DNA of 18,696 nt, taken from IMG/VR virus record IMGVR_UViG_3300045988_180339, positions 1 through 18,696 of that record; one strand, 5' to 3'. This stretch comes from a virus. Positions 14,854-18,696 of this stretch are shown here, one piece after another. Positions within the stretch are counted from its first letter, which is position 1. The number at the start of each line of letters is the position of its first letter. The position numbers and the translations under genes were made by a program. The notes below the pieces were generated by a model, which saw only the letters and a program-made list of their open reading frames with translations, had not been told where the DNA came from and searched no databases.

Positions 14854-16155
14854 ATGCCTACGCGGGACAACACGATCATGTACGCCATGTACGTGATCGG
14901 CAAGGTCGAGTCCGACTGGGATTGGGCGGCCGTCTACCGAGCCGACCCCATAACCATCGGTATGATGCAGGAGTACGGGCAGAACGCGAGCGACCTGCTC
15001 AAGCTATGCCGCGACGGCGATGCAGTGGGGTGGGCGTCCTTCGCGGCGTCCGCCCCCGACCTCGTGGCCGACGTGGACGCGCACGGTGACAGCTGGGACT
15101 GGTGGACTTCGCGCTACATCACCGATTCGGAGGCTTCCGCGTGGCAGGCCATGGCCGCGCGTCCCGAGAACCACAAGATCCAGCAGGACAAGTGGAAGGA
15201 CGAGGCGGCGCGATACATCGATACGCTGACTGGTTGGGGTTGGAGCGAGGAGCGGCCGCATACGCTCGTCTACGCCATGTGCATATACCACCAGTCGCCG
15301 CAGGCGTGCGGGCAGGTGACGAGGAGCTGCAGCGGCTCAGCGTCACTGGACAACCTTCACGCCACGACCCTTAACTCGTGGATTGGGAAGTACGCCAACC
15401 GCTACAACACCGCCTACGACATGCTCAAGGATTGGGACGGGGATAGCGCGCCGCCCGACTTCGGGCAGGTGGTGGACAGCCCGAGCGGCGGCAACTCGGG
15501 CACCGTATCGCAGCCTTCGAACGACATCGACCGCGTTGAGATGCGCAACGGGCAGATCGTCGTATGGGGGCTGTCCTCGTACCCGAACGGGCTTATCTGC
15601 ACCTACGCGGCTCCCAACATCTGGATTCCTTGGAGCCGCAAGGGGGGCACCGACAACCCAGGCGGCACGACGGGCGGGGGAACGGCGCAGGGAGCAGAGG
15701 CGGCGGAGAAGGCCGCCGAGCTTATGCGAAGCTGGGAGAAACGGTTCTCATACTCGCAGGGAGCGGGCAGGCTGTCCCCCGAGAGCAGCGGCTACACCGA
15801 CTGCAGCGGCGTCATCTGGTACGCCTACCAGCAGGCGGCGTCCCTGGACGTCGGCACCTGGACGGGGGAGCAGGCGGAGAAGGGGCGGCAGATAGCGTGG
15901 GGGAACAACGGCATGCCATACAATGCGGAGACGCTCTACGGCATGCGCACGGGCGACCTCGTGCTAATCGACTGGGACACCGTCACGTCCCCTGGGAACA
16001 CGAGCTACGACCATGTAGAGATGTACATGGGAGACAACAAGCTGATGGGGCATGGCGGAGGTGCGGCACATCCAGAGGGGCCGTACTGGAAGGACGATAT
16101 GCTGGCCTACATGCGCAACGTCGCGACTTGGGAAATCAGGCGTTACGCCGAGTAA
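14854..16155 (+). CDS. Virion-associated peptidoglycan hydrolase (433 aa): N-terminal lytic-transglycosylase-like domain plus C-terminal NlpC/P60 endopeptidase
   Basis: VESDW...(14 aa)...IGMMQEYG fits SLT motifs I (ES) and II (GLMQ). The C-terminus has YTDCSGVIWYAY (catalytic Cys), GDLVLIDW and HVEMYMG (His), as in NlpC/P60. Occupies the position of phi29 gp13, a tail lysin. Confidence 0.7.
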   Translation: MPTRDNTIMYAMYVIGKVESDWDWAAVYRADPITIGMMQEYGQNASDLLKLCRDGDAVGWASFAASAPDLVADVDAHGDSWDWWTSRYITDSEASAWQAMAARPENHKIQQDKWKDEAARYIDTLTGWGWSEERPHTLVYAMCIYHQSPQACGQVTRSCSGSASLDNLHATTLNSWIGKYANRYNTAYDMLKDWDGDSAPPDFGQVVDSPSGGNSGTVSQPSNDIDRVEMRNGQIVVWGLSSYPNGLICTYAAPNIWIPWSRKGGTDNPGGTTGGGTAQGAEAAEKAAELMRSWEKRFSYSQGAGRLSPESSGYTDCSGVIWYAYQQAASLDVGTWTGEQAEKGRQIAWGNNGMPYNAETLYGMRTGDLVLIDWDTVTSPGNTSYDHVEMYMGDNKLMGHGGGAAHPEGPYWKDDMLAYMRNVATWEIRRYAE

Positions 16156-16186
16156 AAAGCGTCCCTCGGAAATGAAGGTTATCAAC

Positions 16187-17260
16187 ATGCAGAATGTTCT
16201 CGAAAAAGATAATATATCACCCCGACGGTACTACCCCGTAGCGAAAACATGCAGCTACGGCGCTCCTCTGACGCTCATCATCTCGGCTCGAAGCTACGGA
16301 AAGACCTTCGGTTTCGTACTCAGAGGCCTAAAACGGTGGGCGAAAACGGGCGCTCAGTTCGCTTGGGTGCGGCGCTACGACGACGAGACCGCGAAGACGG
16401 CCCCGACGCTGCTCGATGATGTCCTTTCTCACGGTTATATGGACGGATATGAGTTCCGCTACGTCGGCCGCCGATGGGAAGGCCGAAAGAGCGGCGACGA
16501 CTCGAGACCTTGGGCTACGGTCTGCCACTGCCTGACGTTGAGCATGGGACAGAGCTATAAAGGCGTTGCGTTCCCGCTAGTCGATACGGTAATCTTCGAC
16601 GAGTTCATCCGAGAGGTGAAAACGCCGCCCGGATACCTTCGGGAAGAGGTGGGCGTTTTCCTCAACCTGCTTAAATCGGTGTTCCGCGACCGCCCGCGCG
16701 TGCACGCCTTCGCGCTCGCGAACGCCTGCGACCTTACCGCTCCGCTGCTCGCGTTCGCTGGAGTCCGCAGCGAATCGCAGATAGCGACGCCTTCGGGTTA
16801 TAGCTGGCACAACAATAAAAGCGTCCTCGTGCACTTCGCGCACGATGCGGAGTTTATGGCCCAAGAGGCTGAAACGGTAGTCGGTAGGCTCGTGCAGGGC
16901 ACGCCGTACGCGGGCGTCATGCTCGGCAACCAGTTCGCGAACGGAGGCGACAACCTTATCGGGTCAAAGCCCGCGCGAGCTCGCTACCGATACGGGTTCG
17001 TTTTCGAATCGGAGCGCTTCGGCGTTTGGAGCGACGACGTTACTGGCGTGTTATATGTCAACGGTAAGATTCCAAGCGGTGCGGGTATGCTGTTCACCCT
17101 GCAAGCGGGTGATATGTCCGTGGATGTCGTCATGGTAGAGCGAGCGGCCCCGTTCGCGAAGGCTATCATGAGGCTGTTCGGATTCGGCCGCGTACTGTTC
17201 GACTCGGCGGCAACACGTGAGCGCTTTATAAAGATGCTAGGCTTGTGCGGCCTGCGATAG
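16187..17260 (+). CDS. DNA packaging ATPase (phi29 gp16-like); alternative start ATG 16172
   Basis: PLTLIISARSYGKTFGFVLRG...AQFAWVRRYDDE matches gp16 RILNFVIGARGIGKSYAMKV...EQFIYVRRYKPE (Walker A). TVIFDEFIRE is identical to the gp16 Walker B TIVFDEFIRE. Confidence 0.9.
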   Translation: MQNVLEKDNISPRRYYPVAKTCSYGAPLTLIISARSYGKTFGFVLRGLKRWAKTGAQFAWVRRYDDETAKTAPTLLDDVLSHGYMDGYEFRYVGRRWEGRKSGDDSRPWATVCHCLTLSMGQSYKGVAFPLVDTVIFDEFIREVKTPPGYLREEVGVFLNLLKSVFRDRPRVHAFALANACDLTAPLLAFAGVRSESQIATPSGYSWHNNKSVLVHFAHDAEFMAQEAETVVGRLVQGTPYAGVMLGNQFANGGDNLIGSKPARARYRYGFVFESERFGVWSDDVTGVLYVNGKIPSGAGMLFTLQAGDMSVDVVMVERAAPFAKAIMRLFGFGRVLFDSAATRERFIKMLGLCGLR

Positions 17261-17278
17261 TGTGCAGCCGCTGCACAT

Positions 17279-17309
17279 AAAGAAACCCCCGCGTTTGCGG
17301 GGTTTCTTT
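17279..17309. terminator. Bidirectional rho-independent terminator between convergent transcription units
   Basis: AAAGAAACCCCCGCG-TTT-GCGGGGTTTCTTT: GC stem of about 13 bp with a tetraloop, flanked by an A-tract on one side and a T-tract on the other. It overlaps the stop of the minus-strand gene 17308-17799 and follows the ATPase stop (17260). Confidence 0.75.
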
Positions 17310-17799
17310 AGTATATGCCTTGCTTCGGCATGACAATGAAGCGGCCTACCTCCTCATGATTCGAGGTCATTAAACGGCCTCTCATGATCTCAGCGGGAGC
17401 GCTGTCGATTATGACGTCCAAGCCGCCCGCCTTTGCTACTTTGAGCACTTTATCAAGGAGCTTAGGGTCGTAGCTGTTGCCGCGCGCCTGCGAAGGCTCG
17501 TCGATTAGGTGCCGCCAGTTGCTAGGAGTTACAGGCTCGAACTCCAAGGGTGTATCAAAGGCTATAGAGTCTTTAGCAAGAACCCGCGCATCATCGCCGC
17601 CGAAGGTGCACGGATGGGCCTCCGTGGTCTTTAAATCAACCTCAATGGCCATATAGGTATCAGTGGCGATTATCGCATGGCGGGCAGGACTGTACCAGGG
17701 GCGTTCGAGACCTTTATGCGTGCCCGTTCCTTTGACCTTAAGCGCGCAAGCGCAGAGAGCTTTATAAACCTTACCCGGTATGAACTCCTCATAACACAT
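17308..17799 (-). CDS. Right-end early protein, 163 aa, Cys/His-rich N-terminus (MCYEEFIPGKVYKALCACALKVKGTGTHKG...)
   Basis: SD GAGAGGAG 5 nt before ATG at 17799-17797 (the track ORF extends to 17844 without an SD). Possible metal-binding cluster C3..C15/C17..H25..C66. Function unknown. Confidence 0.6.
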   Translation of the reverse strand: MCYEEFIPGKVYKALCACALKVKGTGTHKGLERPWYSPARHAIIATDTYMAIEVDLKTTEAHPCTFGGDDARVLAKDSIAFDTPLEFEPVTPSNWRHLIDEPSQARGNSYDPKLLDKVLKVAKAGGLDVIIDSAPAEIMRGRLMTSNHEEVGRFIVMPKQGIY

Positions 17800-17800
17800 T

Positions 17801-17935
17801 TTAACTCCTCTCGTACAAAGCGAAGACAGCGATGAACTGTGCAATTCCCACGATCCCCCAAGGTTCTGGAGCGAAGAACATCGCGAAGGCTGCCAGAATC
17901 ATCGAGGCAGCAAACGCGACATCTGCGGCGGTCAT
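17801..17935 (-). CDS. Small hydrophobic peptide, 44 aa (MTAADVAFAASMILAAFAMFFAPEPWGIVGIAQFIAVFALYERS), two predicted TM helices
   Basis: ATGA overlap with the stop of the upstream gene 17932-18186. Its last codons (GAG AGG AGT TAA) form the SD of the next gene. Not in the ORF track because it is short. Confidence 0.45.
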   Translation of the reverse strand: MTAADVAFAASMILAAFAMFFAPEPWGIVGIAQFIAVFALYERS

Positions 17936-18186
17936 GCGTAGGCCTCGCAGTCGTAAGCTTCAAGGTCGAACGAATTGGCAAACTTGGCAGCATCGCGGTA
18001 GAAGTCCACCGCCTTATCAACCTCGTAGCCGAATTCAAAATCTGCAAACATATATGGTTTCTCGACAATGACCCAGTATGTCCACTTGTCGAAGACGTAT
18101 TTAATCCTCTGCAGTTCGACGCGATACGTAACAGTTGAATATTCAAAACCGTGACGCTCAGTCAACGCGATAGTTTCTTTCTCCAT
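17932..18186 (-). CDS. Right-end early protein, 84 aa, aromatic/acidic-rich
   Basis: SD GGGAGG 7 nt before ATG at 18186-18184. The longer track ORF to 18252 lacks an SD and overlaps the upstream gene. Confidence 0.6.
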   Translation of the reverse strand: MEKETIALTERHGFEYSTVTYRVELQRIKYVFDKWTYWVIVEKPYMFADFEFGYEVDKAVDFYRDAAKFANSFDLEAYDCEAYA

Positions 18187-18187
18187 T

Positions 18188-18442
18188 TTAGTCCTCCCAT
18201 TTGATCGCGTTTGCCTGGTCAAGGATAAAAAAGCAATCCATGAAGCTTTCAAGCTGATAAACGCACTCGCGAGGAGAACCGCACGCTAAAACCTTCAAGG
18301 GAACCCACTGCCCACGCTCGAAGCGCTCAAGGTATACGTTATGGCCGATTCCTCCGCGATCATGAACGCGAACATTAAACTGCTTCATATAGTCATTAAC
18401 GTAGTCGATTTTTCCTTCCAAAGTTTTGACGGTGTAACGCAT
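18188..18442 (-). CDS. First right-end early protein, 84 aa, start codon is the last triplet of the ITR
   Basis: SD GGAAGGAG (inside the ITR) with a 6-nt spacer before ATG at 18442-18440, then unique sequence (MRYTVKTLEGKIDYVNDYMKQF...). The track ORF start at 18511 lies in the ITR and is rejected. Confidence 0.65.
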   Translation of the reverse strand: MRYTVKTLEGKIDYVNDYMKQFNVRVHDRGGIGHNVYLERFERGQWVPLKVLACGSPRECVYQLESFMDCFFILDQANAIKWED

Positions 18443-18696
18443 AATCCTGCTCCTTCCAAACAGCGCACCCAAGCCCATCGCCGGGTGCCTTGCCTTGCTG
18501 ACAGTGACCACTATATCAGGTGTGTAAAGTGATGTCTAGTATTTTGGGCGAAAAAGTTGGATATTATTTTGTGGTGCAGTTTGTTGTGGTTAGTTTGTGT
18601 TGTGCTTATGTGGGTTAAAGAAAGTGGGTTGTGTTTTTGTGGGGTCATACTGTGGGTATTATTATTTGGGGGAAATAAGTTGGATATTGTTTACTA
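18440..18696. repeat. Right inverted terminal repeat (ITR), 257 bp
   Basis: Reverse complement of 1-257. The window therefore spans a whole linear genome of phi29/Cp-1 type (Cp-1 is known to have a long ITR of more than 200 bp). Confidence 0.95.
18510..18538 (-). promoter_or_regulatory. Mirror copy of the ITR promoter driving the leftward early operon from the right end
   Basis: Same sequence on the minus strand (-35 at 18533-18538, -10 at 18510-18515). The SD and ATG at 18442-18440 also lie in the ITR. Confidence 0.55.

Noticed and set aside
16052-16186. N-terminal extension of the packaging ATPase ORF (track start 16052)
   Set aside because: It overlaps the hydrolase gene in another frame. 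The homology to phi29 gp16 and an SD begin near 16172-16187.
18188-18511. Start at 18511 for the first right-end gene (107-aa version), and start at 18252 for gene 17932..18186
   Set aside because: The extended N-termini lie in the ITR leader or overlap the upstream gene and lack SDs. Strong SDs sit before the internal ATGs at 18442 and 18186.
1-18696. tRNA genes, CRISPR arrays, integrase or transposase
   Set aside because: No cloverleaf-like segments, no spaced direct repeats and no recombinase motifs were seen. This is consistent with a strictly lytic phi29-like genome.

Overview
The window looks like a complete linear genome of a phi29/Cp-1-like podophage that replicates by protein priming. 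It is about 18.7 kb, with a ~60% GC core, so the host is probably a high-GC Gram-positive bacterium. Nucleotides 1-257 and 18440-18696 are exact reverse complements, giving 257-bp inverted terminal repeats (ITRs). Each ITR carries an inward-facing sigma70-like promoter with an extended -10 (TAGACA-17 nt-TGaTATAGT), a 5' UTR, a strong Shine-Dalgarno sequence (SD, GGAAGGAG) and an ATG that sits exactly on the ITR boundary. The ITRs also contain two ~30-bp direct repeats and a 110-nt A+C-only tract. Nearly all genes read rightward from the left ITR in this order. First come small early genes, some sharing short peptide motifs and one in a low-GC island. Then come a basic 404-aa putative terminal protein, ATGA-coupled to a family-B DNA polymerase whose Exo I/II/III, YxGG, A, B, KxY and C motifs align with phi29 gp2. 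The lysis cassette follows directly: a 3-TM holin and a GH25 Cpl-1-like muramidase with an unassigned C-terminal domain. After it lies a ~515-bp non-coding region with an intrinsic terminator, several strong hairpins and a thrice-repeated GTTTCAGG/CCTGAAAC motif. I propose this region as a candidate packaging-RNA (pRNA) and late-control locus. The late genes are a scaffold, a major capsid protein with a C-terminal Ig-like domain, a gp9-like tail knob with a Gly-rich loop, a gp10-like connector and two small structural proteins. They continue with two paralogous receptor-binding fibre proteins (RBPs) whose C-terminal heads are distinctly low-GC, which suggests horizontally swapped modules. The next gene is a virion peptidoglycan hydrolase with lytic-transglycosylase-like and NlpC/P60 domains. 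The block ends with a gp16-like packaging ATPase. A bidirectional terminator at 17279-17309 separates this block from four leftward early genes, including a 43-aa hydrophobic peptide, driven from the right ITR. I saw no tRNA, CRISPR or integrase. The long antisense ORFs in the six-frame track are high-GC artefacts.
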